DNA of 64,000 nt from Candidatus Heimdallarchaeota archaeon (GCA_019057815.1 JAHLWR010000008.1:94540-158539), one strand, 5' to 3'; counted from the first letter of the stretch, positions 40,267-51,412 are shown. A program made the numbers and translations. Notes: generated by a model from the sequence alone, not told the origin.

Positions 40267-40929
40267 TTACTCTAGTTTCTTATGACATAACCACCAATCT
40301 AAACATTCATGGTCCTTACTTTCTAATCTTTCCTTAGCTGTTTTTACATCAGTAGCTGGAGGAACAATTACATGGTCACCAAAGAGCTCATTATTTGGCC
40401 AATTCGCAGGAATAGCAACATCATGCTTAGTAGCTACTTGAAAACCTTTCATCATTCTAAGAATCTCTTCCATATTTCGACCAATCTCTGCGGGATAATA
40501 GAGAATTGCACGGATTTTGCCTTTAGGATCAACAATGAAAACTGCTCTAACAGTATTTGTAGCTTTAGCGTGAAGCATACCCAGTTTACGAGCACATTCA
40601 CCATGATCAGCAATAATTGGGAATTTGATTTCATCACCTATATTTTCTTTGATCCAATCGACCCATTTGATGTGGCTAAAAACTTGATCCATACTTAAAC
40701 CTATTAATTCAGTGTTCAAAGCTTGAAAATCGTCATAATGTCGGCTGAATGAGACGAACTCGGTAGTGCATACAGGAGTAAAGTCTGCTGGATGTGAAAA
40801 TAATACAAACCATTTGCCTTGATAATCCATTGGTAATTTCTTCATTCCATGAGAAGTTTGCACGACCATTTTTGGAAATGCTGAACCTATAAGTGGAATT
40901 TTACCTGTTTCTTCATATTCTTTGTCCAT
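40267..40929 (-). CDS. peroxiredoxin (archaeal Prx6/TdxH type)
   Basis: [13 protein letters not shown]-terminal CLDWWLC. Confidence 0.93.
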   Translation of the reverse strand: MDKEYEETGKIPLIGSAFPKMVVQTSHGMKKLPMDYQGKWFVLFSHPADFTPVCTTEFVSFSRHYDDFQALNTELIGLSMDQVFSHIKWVDWIKENIGDEIKFPIIADHGECARKLGMLHAKATNTVRAVFIVDPKGKIRAILYYPAEIGRNMEEILRMMKGFQVATKHDVAIPANWPNNELFGDHVIVPPATDVKTAKERLESKDHECLDWWLCHKKLE

Positions 40930-41010
40930 TTTTTTTCACTTTTTTATTGATTTATAACTGAATTGTAAAAACAATATATTTATATAAATTTTTCCGAATT
41001 ACAAATAAGA

Positions 41011-41436
41011 ATGGGACGAAATTCGAACTTAAATTTAATTAAAGAATTAATGAAAGATGGTAGGAAGCCATATTGGAAAATAGCTGAAAAACTAGATGTA
41101 ACTACAGAGTCTGCCGTTAGAAAACGGGTTAAGAAACTAATAAGGGATGGAACCATACGTAAGTTTACAATTGATGTTAACCCAATGAAATTGGGGTTTC
41201 AGGTTCAAGCTTTAATCGGAATTGATGTTGACGGTGAAAATTATGGTTCAATAATTAAAAGACTAAAAGCTTTAGATGAAATTTTATCTCTTTCAATATC
41301 AACTGGCGATCATGCAATTTTTATGGAATGTTGGTTCAAAAATTCTGAAGAGCTTGCTGATTTCGAGAAAAAGTTACTTAGAATAGATGGAATTACAAGA
41401 ATTTGTCCTACAATTATAAATGAGAAAATTAAATAG
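41011..41436 (+). CDS. Lrp/AsnC transcription regulator
   Basis: DGRKPY..IAEKL..ESAVRKRVKKL..G.I HTH and TGDH effector domain; divergent from the peroxiredoxin. Confidence 0.9.
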   Translation: MGRNSNLNLIKELMKDGRKPYWKIAEKLDVTTESAVRKRVKKLIRDGTIRKFTIDVNPMKLGFQVQALIGIDVDGENYGSIIKRLKALDEILSLSISTGDHAIFMECWFKNSEELADFEKKLLRIDGITRICPTIINEKIK

Positions 41437-41492
41437 AGACCTCACACTTATCTTGTTATTGAATCTACAAAAAAATCAAGAAATTTAAATAG

Positions 41493-42077
41493 TTATGGTT
41501 TTCCTATGTTCTTTTTTTCTTTTCTTGTTATAATTATTGATCTAACAAGCCCTACTATAAGATTGAACCGTGGAACAGATATTGAATAAACCTTATGTGG
41601 ATATCCATAAACTTTTTCTTGATAAATATCCTTTTCAAACGAAGATAGAAGGAAAAATACTAGTGCCATAGTCGTTAAGACATTAGAAAGTATTGAATTT
41701 TTCAGCACTATGACAGCGAATCCTAAGAATAACATTGCCAGAGTAATAGGATGCCTAACAATTGCAAAGATCATTAAATTACTGGGGCTATTCAATCTTT
41801 CAGTTCCCCTTCTATTAACCCAACGCCATCGTGTCATAGCTACGCTTATTATAATTAGGATCAATGCACTATATGCTAAAACTGAGGATATATAATTACC
41901 ATATAGTAAAGGAGGATATTCACCTATAGTGAAAACTAAACCTAAAACAAGCATCAAGTAACCAAAAATTTGAAGGATTTGGTATCTCGCAGAATTATAT
42001 ATTGCAAAGAATAACCAAGCACACAAGAATACGGATATGATAATAAGGGAAACCCAAAACCAAGGCTCGTCTAACAC
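41493..42077 (-). CDS. ICMT/PEMT-like membrane protein
   Basis: IFAIVRHP, E...YG..Y...VPRF pattern; TM helices. Confidence 0.55.
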   Translation of the reverse strand: MLDEPWFWVSLIIISVFLCAWLFFAIYNSARYQILQIFGYLMLVLGLVFTIGEYPPLLYGNYISSVLAYSALILIIISVAMTRWRWVNRRGTERLNSPSNLMIFAIVRHPITLAMLFLGFAVIVLKNSILSNVLTTMALVFFLLSSFEKDIYQEKVYGYPHKVYSISVPRFNLIVGLVRSIIITRKEKKNIGKP

Positions 42078-42196
42078 ATAAGTATTTTCACATTATAATT
42101 ATTGAACGTTTCGCTTAAGATTAATTGGTAATATCAAAGTTTTTTCTTTGACTTTGTTAATGAATTAATAACACTTTTAGTATAGAATATATTTTA

Positions 42197-42934
42197 ATGC
42201 TTATGGGAGAAAATGCACAAGTGGGTTTTTTACTAATACATGGGTTTACTGGCACACACTTTGATATGGAGCCACTAGAAAATTTTCTTAAAAACAGAAA
42301 ATACACTATTCTCAACATAGTTTTACCCGGACATGAAACATCAGAAGATGATTTGGAAACGAAAAAATGGTTTGAATGGACAAATTATGCTCAAGAAAAG
42401 TTGGAACAACTAAAGAATATGTGTGATAAAATTTTCGTTATTGGTTTATCAATGGGTGGAGCAATAACACTTTTCTTGGGTTACAGAAACCCGGATATTG
42501 ATGGTCTCATAACTTTAGCTGCCCCTTTTAAACCTCCAGATTGGAAATTGTATGTTTTACGAGTTTTACCATTTATTGTTTATTTATACCCTAGACATCC
42601 TAATATCGATTGTAATTGGGAAGACCTTGATACTAAAGAAGTTCACAAATGCTATGCGAAAATTCCTACACGAAGTGCACTTCAGTTACATAAACTCCTA
42701 ATTAATGTTAAAAGGAATCTATATAAAATAACAACTCCTATTCTAATTTTACAAAGTAAAAATGATGATACTGTAAGTTTGAAACATGCAAAACAGATAT
42801 TTAACAATGTCAAATCAAAGGACAAAAAAATGGTTCAAATAGAAAAAGGAGGACACGTTATTTCAGTAGATTCAGGGAGAGAGCAGGCATTTGCTGTAAT
42901 TGAAGACTGGATAAAGGAAAGAATAGTACAGTAA
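42197..42934 (+). CDS. alpha/beta hydrolase (carboxylesterase)
   Basis: HGFTG, GLSMGG, DDTV, GH. Confidence 0.9.
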   Translation: MLMGENAQVGFLLIHGFTGTHFDMEPLENFLKNRKYTILNIVLPGHETSEDDLETKKWFEWTNYAQEKLEQLKNMCDKIFVIGLSMGGAITLFLGYRNPDIDGLITLAAPFKPPDWKLYVLRVLPFIVYLYPRHPNIDCNWEDLDTKEVHKCYAKIPTRSALQLHKLLINVKRNLYKITTPILILQSKNDDTVSLKHAKQIFNNVKSKDKKMVQIEKGGHVISVDSGREQAFAVIEDWIKERIVQ

Positions 42935-43167
42935 AAGGTTTCTACAAAAAAAATTCATTTCAAGCTACAATCATACAATCTTTGATTCTCGCATTTAGAT
43001 TTGTAACTTCAACAATCCTTTCATTCCTCAACTGTCACGTATTCTAGCCACAATATTTTTATTCATATGACTATCAATATGCTCAATAAGTCATCAACAG
43101 AGAGAGTTCTAGTATAATAGGCTTTAAAACGGGCTTTATGGAGATTTACAGCATTTGGTAATATAAC

Positions 43168-43782
43168 ATGAAATTCGATTTCAAAACACTACCAGTCATT
43201 ATTTTGGCAGCTGGAGACTCTAGACGAATGGGAATGCCTAAAGGACTTCTTAACTATCGAGGGAAAACATTCCTATCATTTCAACTTGAGCTTTTATCAG
43301 AACTAGGTTTTACTGAAATAGTAGTTGTCCTGGGAAAAGATAATAAACTTTATCAAGAAAAGGTTCCTGAACTCAAAGACATAAATCTAGTTGTAAATCC
43401 AGCTCCTAAAAGGGGACAGTTCTCATCAATACAATGTGGATTGCTAGCATTATCAAAATCACACCGATTAGGAGTATTTATCCTTCCTATCGATGTTCCT
43501 TGCCCAGATGAGGATGTTTGGGAACAATTAGCAAAGGTTCTGAGTACATCAGATGCAAATGTATCTATACCTGAATTTAATGGTAAAAAAGGACATCCAG
43601 TTTTTCTATCAGAAGAATTCAAGAAATATCTTATAACCTGTAGTTCTGATACTCGACTTGATCATGAAATTCATAAACAAAGAGATGATCAAAAAACAAA
43701 GATTATATCTGTCAATGACAGAAATATTACACTTAACCTCAATACACATGAGGCATGGAATGCATACAAGGTGGAACAATGA
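43168..43782 (+). CDS. mocA: MocA/YgfJ-like molybdenum cofactor nucleotidyltransferase
   Basis: ILAAGDSRRMG.PK, PID.P, GHPV; ATGA overlap with xdh. Confidence 0.75.
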   Translation: MKFDFKTLPVIILAAGDSRRMGMPKGLLNYRGKTFLSFQLELLSELGFTEIVVVLGKDNKLYQEKVPELKDINLVVNPAPKRGQFSSIQCGLLALSKSHRLGVFILPIDVPCPDEDVWEQLAKVLSTSDANVSIPEFNGKKGHPVFLSEEFKKYLITCSSDTRLDHEIHKQRDDQKTKIISVNDRNITLNLNTHEAWNAYKVEQ

Positions 43783-46415
43783 ATGTTACATTCACTCTCA
43801 ATGGAGAAGAAATAACAGCTGATTACGAAGAAGGCATGAGTGTACTAGATGTACTCAGAGAAGTCTGCAACATAAAAAGTTGCAAAGATGGTTGTTCAGG
43901 TCAAGGTTTTTGTGGAGCTTGTACTGTCCTTATCAATGGTGTAGCTATGATTTCATGCAAACGAAATCCAGCATCAATTGAGGGAAAAGAAATTATCACC
44001 GTTGAAGGTCTTGACAAACGAGAGCAAGAAATTCTTTCAAAGTCATTCGTCAAAGAAGGAGCTGTACAATGTGGTTTCTGCACTCCGGGACTGTTAATAC
44101 GAATCAAGGGATTCCTAGATAAACATCCAGTATCAACAAGAGAAGAAAAAGCGAAGGCTATTTCAGGTAACCTCTGCCGTTGTACTGGTTATCAACGCAT
44201 CCTCGATGCAATGGAAACAGCTGAAGAGAATTGGCAAAGTAAGGAAACAAATATATCTGACCCACCAAGAAGAAAGGATTTTTTTGGCGAGAAATACGGT
44301 TTCGAGAGAGAATACAAACCGAAAAAAAATGGTGTTGGTTATAGTACTCAACGTTATCGTGGTATCGATATGGCTCTTGGCAAAAAACCATATATTGCCG
44401 ATATGGAAGTTGATGGAATGCTTCATGGAGCTTTTTTACTAAGTGAACATCCACGAGTTAAGGTCATCAAGATAGATACATCAAAAGCAAAAGCAACCTG
44501 TGGAGTTGTACAAATATTTACAGCAAAAGATGTACCAGGTCAACGAACAATTGGTCACATCTTCCCTGATTGGCCTATCTTTGTCTCAGAAGGTGAGACA
44601 ACAAAATATGTGGGGGATGTTCTAGCTATGGTAGTAGCTGATTCTATGTATCATGCACGATCTGCTCTTGAAAAAATCAAAGTAAATTATAAAATTCTAG
44701 AAGTAATTGATAGTCCTGAAAAAGCCCTTGCACAAGATGCTGAAAAAATTCACGAAAAGGGCAATCTACTTGGACATACATTTTTTGGTAGAGGTGATGT
44801 TAGTAAAGCATTAAACGATTCTAAGTATGTAATAAAACAGCAATTCAGAACACAACGCGTTGAACACGCTTTTATGGAAGTTGAAAGCTGTCTTGCTATA
44901 CCTACAAAAAAAGGTGTGCATGTATACAGTCAAGGACAAGGAGTTCACGAAGACCAGCGACAGATTGCCGAAGTACTCGGATTAAAGAAAGAAGAAGTCA
45001 TAGTCGAACTTGTTACAAATGGTGGAGCTTTTGGTGGTAAGGAAGACCTCCTATGTCAAGCGCAAACAGCAATGGCTTCATTTCTGCTAAAAAAACCAGT
45101 TAAAACCGTCCTAACTAGAGAACAATCACTTCTTATGCACCCAAAACGTCATCCAATGATTATGGATTATGAAGTTGGTGCAGATGAAAATGGAAAACTT
45201 ACTGCAGTCAAACTCAGACTCATAGCTGACACTGGAGCTTATGCATCGCTTGGTGCTCAAGTTGTCGAACGTGCTGCTGGTCATTCATGTGGCCCCTACT
45301 TCGTTCCAAACGTTGATGTTGACGCAAAATCAGTCTACACAAATAACCCTCCATGCGGTGCCATGCGTGGATTCGGTGTTAATCAGACCTCATTTGCCAT
45401 TGAAACATGTCTGAATTTAATCGTTGAAAAAATGATGGAAGATGGGATCGAAATTGATGATTATGATATAAGAGAACGCAATATTCTCAGAGAAGGGCAA
45501 CTGTTTGCAACAGGACAAAAGATGAAAAAGACTGTCGTTGGATTACAACAATGTCTAGATGCAGTCAGAGACATATATAAAAATTCTAAAGTTCCAACAG
45601 GTATTGCGTGTGGATTGAAAAATACTGGCATTGGTAATGGCCTTGAAGATACTGGTAGAGTACTCATCAAGGTCCTTGAGAATGAACATCTTGAAATTTT
45701 AACAGGTTTCACTGAAATGGGACAAGGATTATTTACAGTTATTACTCAAGTCGTAACAGAAATAACTAATATACCTCCACCACAGATGAAGGTAAAATCT
45801 ATCAGCTATCCCAAAACGAAATGTGGCATGACTACTGCATCAAGAGGTACGGCCCTAGATACCATGGCAGCCAAGTTTGCTGCAGAGAAACTTGCACTAG
45901 CACTTCAATCAAAATCTCTTAAAGATCTGGCAGGTCAGGAGTTTCATGGAGAATACATTTGCGACTTTACTGTCAAACCAGGAACAAAAACTGATAATCC
46001 TATAACACATTTAGCGTTCAGTTATGCAGTACAAGTAGCTTTTCTCGATGAAAAAGGCAAGTTAACAAAAATCATAGCAGCCCACGATGTCGGCAAAGCA
46101 ATCAATCCCATGGCTTGCGCAGGTCAATTCGAAGGTGGTGTTCATATGGGGCTTGGTCATACTCTTTCAGAAAACTTTCCAACAACTAAAGGGATTCCAG
46201 ATTCCTTGTTGATGAGAGATCTTCAAATAGTCAAAGCCAAAGATACACCCGAAGTAGAAGTTATCTTAATAGAAGAACCAGAAGAAGTCGGAGGATTTGG
46301 ATCTAAAGGAGTAGGTGAGATAGGTCTCGTGCCAACAGCTGGTGCAGTTACTGGTGCACTCCATCAATTCGATGGTAAATGGCGTTTCGAACTCCCTGTA
46401 TCACGAAATGATTGA
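43779..46415 (+). CDS. xdh: xanthine dehydrogenase-family molybdoenzyme (2Fe-2S plus Mo-binding fusion; selenium-dependent XDH type)
   Basis: GCSGQGFCGAC, QCGFC, NLCRC, GGAFGGK, AMRGFG, EMGQG, KGVGE. Confidence 0.9.
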   Translation: MNVTFTLNGEEITADYEEGMSVLDVLREVCNIKSCKDGCSGQGFCGACTVLINGVAMISCKRNPASIEGKEIITVEGLDKREQEILSKSFVKEGAVQCGFCTPGLLIRIKGFLDKHPVSTREEKAKAISGNLCRCTGYQRILDAMETAEENWQSKETNISDPPRRKDFFGEKYGFEREYKPKKNGVGYSTQRYRGIDMALGKKPYIADMEVDGMLHGAFLLSEHPRVKVIKIDTSKAKATCGVVQIFTAKDVPGQRTIGHIFPDWPIFVSEGETTKYVGDVLAMVVADSMYHARSALEKIKVNYKILEVIDSPEKALAQDAEKIHEKGNLLGHTFFGRGDVSKALNDSKYVIKQQFRTQRVEHAFMEVESCLAIPTKKGVHVYSQGQGVHEDQRQIAEVLGLKKEEVIVELVTNGGAFGGKEDLLCQAQTAMASFLLKKPVKTVLTREQSLLMHPKRHPMIMDYEVGADENGKLTAVKLRLIADTGAYASLGAQVVERAAGHSCGPYFVPNVDVDAKSVYTNNPPCGAMRGFGVNQTSFAIETCLNLIVEKMMEDGIEIDDYDIRERNILREGQLFATGQKMKKTVVGLQQCLDAVRDIYKNSKVPTGIACGLKNTGIGNGLEDTGRVLIKVLENEHLEILTGFTEMGQGLFTVITQVVTEITNIPPPQMKVKSISYPKTKCGMTTASRGTALDTMAAKFAAEKLALALQSKSLKDLAGQEFHGEYICDFTVKPGTKTDNPITHLAFSYAVQVAFLDEKGKLTKIIAAHDVGKAINPMACAGQFEGGVHMGLGHTLSENFPTTKGIPDSLLMRDLQIVKAKDTPEVEVILIEEPEEVGGFGSKGVGEIGLVPTAGAVTGALHQFDGKWRFELPVSRND

Positions 46416-46419
46416 GAAT
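46007..46419 (+). repeat. copy 1 of about 413-bp direct repeat (xdh 3' end)
   Basis: matches 47969-48382 at about 91% by manual count. Confidence 0.92.
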
Positions 46420-46420
46420 T

Positions 46421-46455
46421 ATATATATCCTGTTTTGTCTCGAGAAGATATATAT
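46421..46455. terminator. inverted repeat between convergent xdh and arcC
   Basis: ATATATATC (46421-46429) / GATATATAT (46447-46455). Confidence 0.35.
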
Positions 46456-46471
46456 TCCCTGCGAAACTGCA

Positions 46472-47428
46472 TTATGGAACGAACCTGGTTCCTGTTTCAC
46501 CCTTTAAAGCCCGACCGATGTTTTCAGGATTGGTTACCAGGGCTTCTTTACCACCCTGCTCTAAAAACCCAACAATGGCTTTGATTTTTGGTTCCATAGA
46601 TCCTTTTGCAAAATGAGTTCCTTCCTTTAGGTACTTTTTTGCCTCAGCAACGGTGAGCTGATCAAGATCAACTTGATCCGGTTTACCAAAATTCAAGGAA
46701 ACTTTTTCAACGGCGGTTGAAATCAAAAGCATATCTGCCTTAATTTCATTGGCTAGGAACGCAGATGCAAAATCTTTGTCAATAACAGCTGCAGTCCCCT
46801 CTACTCCTCGATCGGTTTCAATAACCGGTATTCCTCCACCACCTACAGTAATTGTGATTATACCGGAATCAATCAGAGTTTTTATAGCTTCTAGTTCCAA
46901 AATCTCAACAGGTAACGGGGAAGCAACAACTCGACGCCAACCACGACCAGAATCTTCAACTACATTCCAACCTAATTCTACTTTTCTTTGTTCAGCTTCT
47001 TCTGCTTTCATGAATGTACCAATGGGTTTAGCAGGTGTTTGGAAAGCAAGGTCATTTGGATCTACCCGGACTTGAGTGATCACTGTCGCTACTGGTTTAT
47101 CAATTCCCCTTTTTTTGAGCTCGTTTTGGATATTCTGCTGCAGGTAATAACCGATAGCTCCCTGGCTGTCAGCTCCGCAAACATCCAGGGGAAGTTCATG
47201 CATACCTTCCACCTTATGGGCAATTTCACTTCGTCGTAAAATGAATCCAACCTGAGGTCCATTGCCATGTCCTATTGCAATATCCCAGCCCGATTCAATC
47301 ATGTCTACCAGGTGAATTGAAGTTTCCTGGACAGCTTTGTATTGATCTTGTACAGTTTGGTGATGTTTGGATTTGATGAGTGAGTTGCCACCAATAGCAA
47401 CGACAGCTACTTTTTTCTTTTCTGACAT
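46472..47428 (-). CDS. arcC: carbamate kinase
   Basis: AIGGNS, HGNGPQVG, KPIG, GWRRVVASP, GGGGIPV, AVIDKD, GSMEPK; ATG at 47428. Confidence 0.95.
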   Translation of the reverse strand: MSEKKKVAVVAIGGNSLIKSKHHQTVQDQYKAVQETSIHLVDMIESGWDIAIGHGNGPQVGFILRRSEIAHKVEGMHELPLDVCGADSQGAIGYYLQQNIQNELKKRGIDKPVATVITQVRVDPNDLAFQTPAKPIGTFMKAEEAEQRKVELGWNVVEDSGRGWRRVVASPLPVEILELEAIKTLIDSGIITITVGGGGIPVIETDRGVEGTAAVIDKDFASAFLANEIKADMLLISTAVEKVSLNFGKPDQVDLDQLTVAEAKKYLKEGTHFAKGSMEPKIKAIVGFLEQGGKEALVTNPENIGRALKGETGTRFVP

Positions 47429-47696
47429 CGGTATCACATTTCTTATATTGTGTAGTTTAAACATTTCGTTTTCTGACTTAGTGCATTAGATATAAAATCT
47501 TTAATATAACTTAATTATTTCTTCAAAACTAGATTCTTCCTCTTCTTTCCCCATAGCAGTCAACTTTCCTTTTTCACAATACTTTCTATGGTTATTTCAA
47601 TTATTTCCTTTGATGCAAGTGTAGTTCCCGACACTAGTGCATTAAAACTTAAATATTACTTAAAACATAAAATATATTACTATTGGAGATGATAAG

Positions 47697-48374
47697 ATGG
47701 AAAAGAAAATATCGCTAAAAACTATAATTAGTGTAACCTGGCTTGTTGTACTAATTGCATTATGGGTTACGTTCCAATGGCTCCCTGGAGATATCTTTAT
47801 GTGGATGTGGATAGCTATAGGTTGGTCATTCTCTGGTGGTACTGTAGGAGCTATCTATTTTGCAGCTAAAAGCAAGAGAAATCTCTTAATTGTCAGTTCA
47901 ATATGGATTGCAATATTGATAGTCCTTTGGATAGATTGGTTTTTGAGATTCTTACCTAGAGTAGAAATACATTTAGCGTTCAGTTATGCAGTACAAGTAG
48001 CTTTTCTTGACGAAAAAGGTAAATTAACAAAAATAATAGCAACACACGATGTCGGCAAAGCAATCAACCCTATGGCTTGCGCAGGTCAATTTGAAGGCGG
48101 TGTTCATATAGGTCTTGGTCATACTCTTTCAGATAACTATCCAACAACAAAAGGGATTCCAGATTCCTTGTTGATGAGAGATCTTCAAATAGTTAAGGCT
48201 AAAGATACACCCGAAGTAGAAGTTATTTTAATAGAAGAACCAGAAGAAGTTGGAAGATTTGGATCTAAAGGTGTTGGTGAAATATGCCTCGTACCAACAG
48301 CTGGTGCAGTTACTGGCACACTCCATCAGTTTGATGGTAAATGGCGATTTGAACTCCCCGTTTCACGAAAATGA
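47697..48374 (+). pseudogene. chimeric ORF: 3-TM membrane protein N-terminus fused in frame to a duplicated xdh C-terminal fragment
   Basis: hydrophobic residues 1-90, then HLAFSYAVQ...FELPVSR matching the XDH C-terminus with GGF>GRF and EIG>EIC changes. Confidence 0.7.
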
Positions 48375-48382
48375 TTGAGAAT
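47969..48382 (+). repeat. copy 2 of about 413-bp direct repeat (xdh 3' end)
   Basis: see 46007-46419. Confidence 0.92.
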
Positions 48383-48389
48383 GATACAA

Positions 48390-49592
48390 ATGAAAGAAAA
48401 GATACTTACAAAAGCTGATGAATACAAAGAAAATCTGTTCAAATTTTTACGAGACATGATTCGTATTCCAAGTACTAGCAGTAATGAGGAAGATCTTATT
48501 AAGCGTATTAAGCAAGAAATGGAGAAGCTTGACTATGATGAAATCAAGATTGATAAAATGGGTAATATCTTTGGAAGAATTGGAAACGGTAAACATGTCT
48601 TTGCATTTGATGCACATATTGATACAGTAGATGTAGGAAATCGCAATAACTGGACTCACGATCCTTTCGAAGGTTATGAAGATGATGAGGTAATTTACGG
48701 GCGAGGTGCTAGTGATCAAGAGGGTGGGTTTGCTTCTATGGTCTATGCTGGGAAAATCATTAAAGATTTAGATATAGCAGGTGATACTACAGTATGGATG
48801 GTAGGAACAGTTCAAGAAGAAGATTGTGATGGACTTTGCTGGCAACACATTATTAAAGAAAAAGTCATCGAACCTGATTTTGTTGTTTTAACAGAACCTA
48901 CCTCACTCAATGTATATCGAGGACATAGAGGAAGGATGGAAATAAAAGTAACAACAACTGGTATCAGCTGTCATGGTTCTGCACCTGAACGTGGCGATAA
49001 TGCTATCTATAAGATGGCTCCAATTATCCAAGAATTATCCCAACTCCACGAACAATTAAGGGATGATCCATTCCTAGGAAAAGGTTCTTTAACAGTTTCA
49101 GAGATTTTTTCAAGCTCTCCATCAAGGTGTGCAGTTGCTGATGGATGTTCAATTTCAATTGATAGAAGACTTACTTTTGGAGAGACCAAAGATACAGCTC
49201 TTAAAGAAATACGAGACCTACCTTCTGTCATAGAACATAATGCAAAAGTCGAGATGCACACTTATGATAAACCCTCGTATACAGGTCTTCAAAAAACTGT
49301 TGATTGTTATTTCCCAACCTGGGTCATTCAAGAAGAAAATCCATTATGTGGAATGTTTGTAGATGCAGCTACTGAAATTATGGATAAAGAACCACTTTTA
49401 GATAAGTGGACTTTCTCAACAAATGGTGTATCCATCATGGGCATGCATAATGTGCCATGTATTGGCTTTGGTCCAGGAAGAGAAAACCAAGCTCATGCTC
49501 CTAATGAGATAACATTCAAAAAGGAACTTAAGATTGCAGTTGCAGTATATGCTACTATACCTTTAAAATATACTGAACTTAAGAATAAATAG
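48390..49592 (+). CDS. ygeY: YgeY-family M20 hydrolase
   Basis: [48 protein letters not shown]. Confidence 0.9.
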   Translation: MKEKILTKADEYKENLFKFLRDMIRIPSTSSNEEDLIKRIKQEMEKLDYDEIKIDKMGNIFGRIGNGKHVFAFDAHIDTVDVGNRNNWTHDPFEGYEDDEVIYGRGASDQEGGFASMVYAGKIIKDLDIAGDTTVWMVGTVQEEDCDGLCWQHIIKEKVIEPDFVVLTEPTSLNVYRGHRGRMEIKVTTTGISCHGSAPERGDNAIYKMAPIIQELSQLHEQLRDDPFLGKGSLTVSEIFSSSPSRCAVADGCSISIDRRLTFGETKDTALKEIRDLPSVIEHNAKVEMHTYDKPSYTGLQKTVDCYFPTWVIQEENPLCGMFVDAATEIMDKEPLLDKWTFSTNGVSIMGMHNVPCIGFGPGRENQAHAPNEITFKKELKIAVAVYATIPLKYTELKNK

Positions 49593-49600
49593 GTGTAAAA

Positions 49601-50566
49601 ATGAGAACAAAACTTCGAGGAAAAGACTTCATAACTTTACGTGATTGGTCTAAGGAAGAAATAGATATTCTACTGGAAGTTTCAGCTGAAATAAAAGAAA
49701 AATTCTTGAAAAAAGAAGTAACACCATATCTTCTGTATCAAACCATGTTTCTCATGTTCTTCGAAGAATCAACAAGAACAAGGAACTCAATGGAAGCAGG
49801 ATTTGCACAACTTGGTGGTCATGCAAACTTTCTAGATACATCAAAAATGCAAATATCCCACGGAGAAGTTGCTAAAGATACAGCTGCTATATTGTCGAGT
49901 TACGGACATGCAATTGCTTGCAGAAATTGCTTCTGGGGAATAGGAAATAAGTATCTAAATGATATGGCAAATCATTCCAAAGTACCTATCATGAATTTAC
50001 AGTGTGACTTGTATCATCCAATGCAAGGTATAGCTGATCTTATGACAATCATTGAGAAGAAGGGAGAAACCAAGAATCTCAAAGTGTCAATAATCTGGGC
50101 CTATGCTACAACTCATAAAAAACCAATTTCAGTCCCGTTAACACAAGCTCTCTTATTTCCACGTTATGGAATTGATGTAACCTTAGCATATCCTGAAGGT
50201 TTCGAGTTACCTGATTGGGTGATTGAAGAAGCTAAAGAGAATGCTAAGAAAAATGGTGGTTCCTTTAGAATAACTCATAATATGAAAGAAGCATTCAAGG
50301 ATGCTGATATCGTGATCCCTAAGAATTGGGGAAGTTGGAGTGGGAAGAAAGGTGATATGGATCTGTCTCAGTTCAAAGACTGGAAATGTACAGAAGAGAT
50401 GATGAAGCTCGCATCACCTGATGTAAAATATATGCATGCACTTCCAGCAGATCGAGGAAATGAAGTAGAAGATTCTGTTCTTGATGGCCCTCAGTCAATC
50501 GTTTATGATGAAGCTGAAAACAGGCTCCATACTTCTAAAGCAGTGATGATTCTAACAATGGGATAA
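49601..50566 (+). CDS. ygeW: YgeW-like carbamoyltransferase
   Basis: STRT, HPMQ, WAY...KP.SVP, MHALPAD, EAENR. Confidence 0.8.
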   Translation: MRTKLRGKDFITLRDWSKEEIDILLEVSAEIKEKFLKKEVTPYLLYQTMFLMFFEESTRTRNSMEAGFAQLGGHANFLDTSKMQISHGEVAKDTAAILSSYGHAIACRNCFWGIGNKYLNDMANHSKVPIMNLQCDLYHPMQGIADLMTIIEKKGETKNLKVSIIWAYATTHKKPISVPLTQALLFPRYGIDVTLAYPEGFELPDWVIEEAKENAKKNGGSFRITHNMKEAFKDADIVIPKNWGSWSGKKGDMDLSQFKDWKCTEEMMKLASPDVKYMHALPADRGNEVEDSVLDGPQSIVYDEAENRLHTSKAVMILTMG

Positions 50567-50627
50567 ATTTAGTTATAAATAATCATGACCTATTATGGAA
50601 AATATTGAACGACTCAAAGAGCTCCTT

Positions 50628-51161
50628 TCAGATTTCGATTACATCACCAACATATCTAAATTGTCCAGGCCAGAAAATGAATGCTTTAGACCGATCATAA
50701 TCTTTAGCTAAATGAGCAGCTACTACTTCACCAACGAACCACGTATGCGTTCCCCCTAAATCAAGAGTATGAACAACCTTACATTCTAGATTAACAGGAC
50801 ATTCTTTTATTAAATATGAACTTATTTTTGAAGCTTTTACCGGTGTAAGACCTGTTGCTTTAAATTTATCTTCAACATCTCTACCTGAAATTTTTCCGAT
50901 ATACTTCACATCATCTATAAATTCAGTTGTGGGGATATTTATTGAATAATCCTTTACTTCTTTTATCAGTTCAAAGGAATATCTTTTGGGAACAATTCCG
51001 ATCATAATTAAAGGAGGATTATCGAATGAAACCATACTAATTGCAGCTAGAGTTATAAGATTTTTACCAATACACCCTATAACAATAGGAAAACCAGGTA
51101 AAGATAAAATACCCTTCTTACCTGAAACAATTTCTTTATCAGAATTATCCATTTCATTCAT
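50628..51161 (-). CDS. flavin reductase family (flavoredoxin-like) protein
   Basis: NPPLIMIGI..RYS, SGRD..DKF, ECPVNLECKV, GTHTWFVGEV. Confidence 0.88.
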   Translation of the reverse strand: MNEMDNSDKEIVSGKKGILSLPGFPIVIGCIGKNLITLAAISMVSFDNPPLIMIGIVPKRYSFELIKEVKDYSINIPTTEFIDDVKYIGKISGRDVEDKFKATGLTPVKASKISSYLIKECPVNLECKVVHTLDLGGTHTWFVGEVVAAHLAKDYDRSKAFIFWPGQFRYVGDVIEI

Positions 51162-51412
51162 TATGAAGCCTTTTCTTTTGTGTTAATAAGTATATTCTCA
51201 AAAAAATTTGATTTATTTCTTTTCAAAAAAGACAATATTAATATGAAAGTATGATAGTATTAGTTCGTGAAAAAGGATTTTAGATATAGCATGAGCCTGG
51301 TAAATGGTTCTGTATACCGTCGTCCACTGAGTGTAAAAAAGTTGACTAACCTTGCCAGAGAGAGTGAAAAGGGAGAAGAAAGACTTTTGACGGGGAGAGA
51401 AGAAGAAAAAGT

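Noticed and set aside
42950-43070. Possible reverse-strand gene remnant (MNKNIVARIRD.. then frameshift)
   Set aside because: Too short and disrupted to assign.
47500-47645. TAGTGCATTA repeated near 47480 and 47636, and a possible reverse-strand coding remnant between them
   Set aside because: A 10-bp match in AT-rich DNA with no recognisable product; insufficient support.
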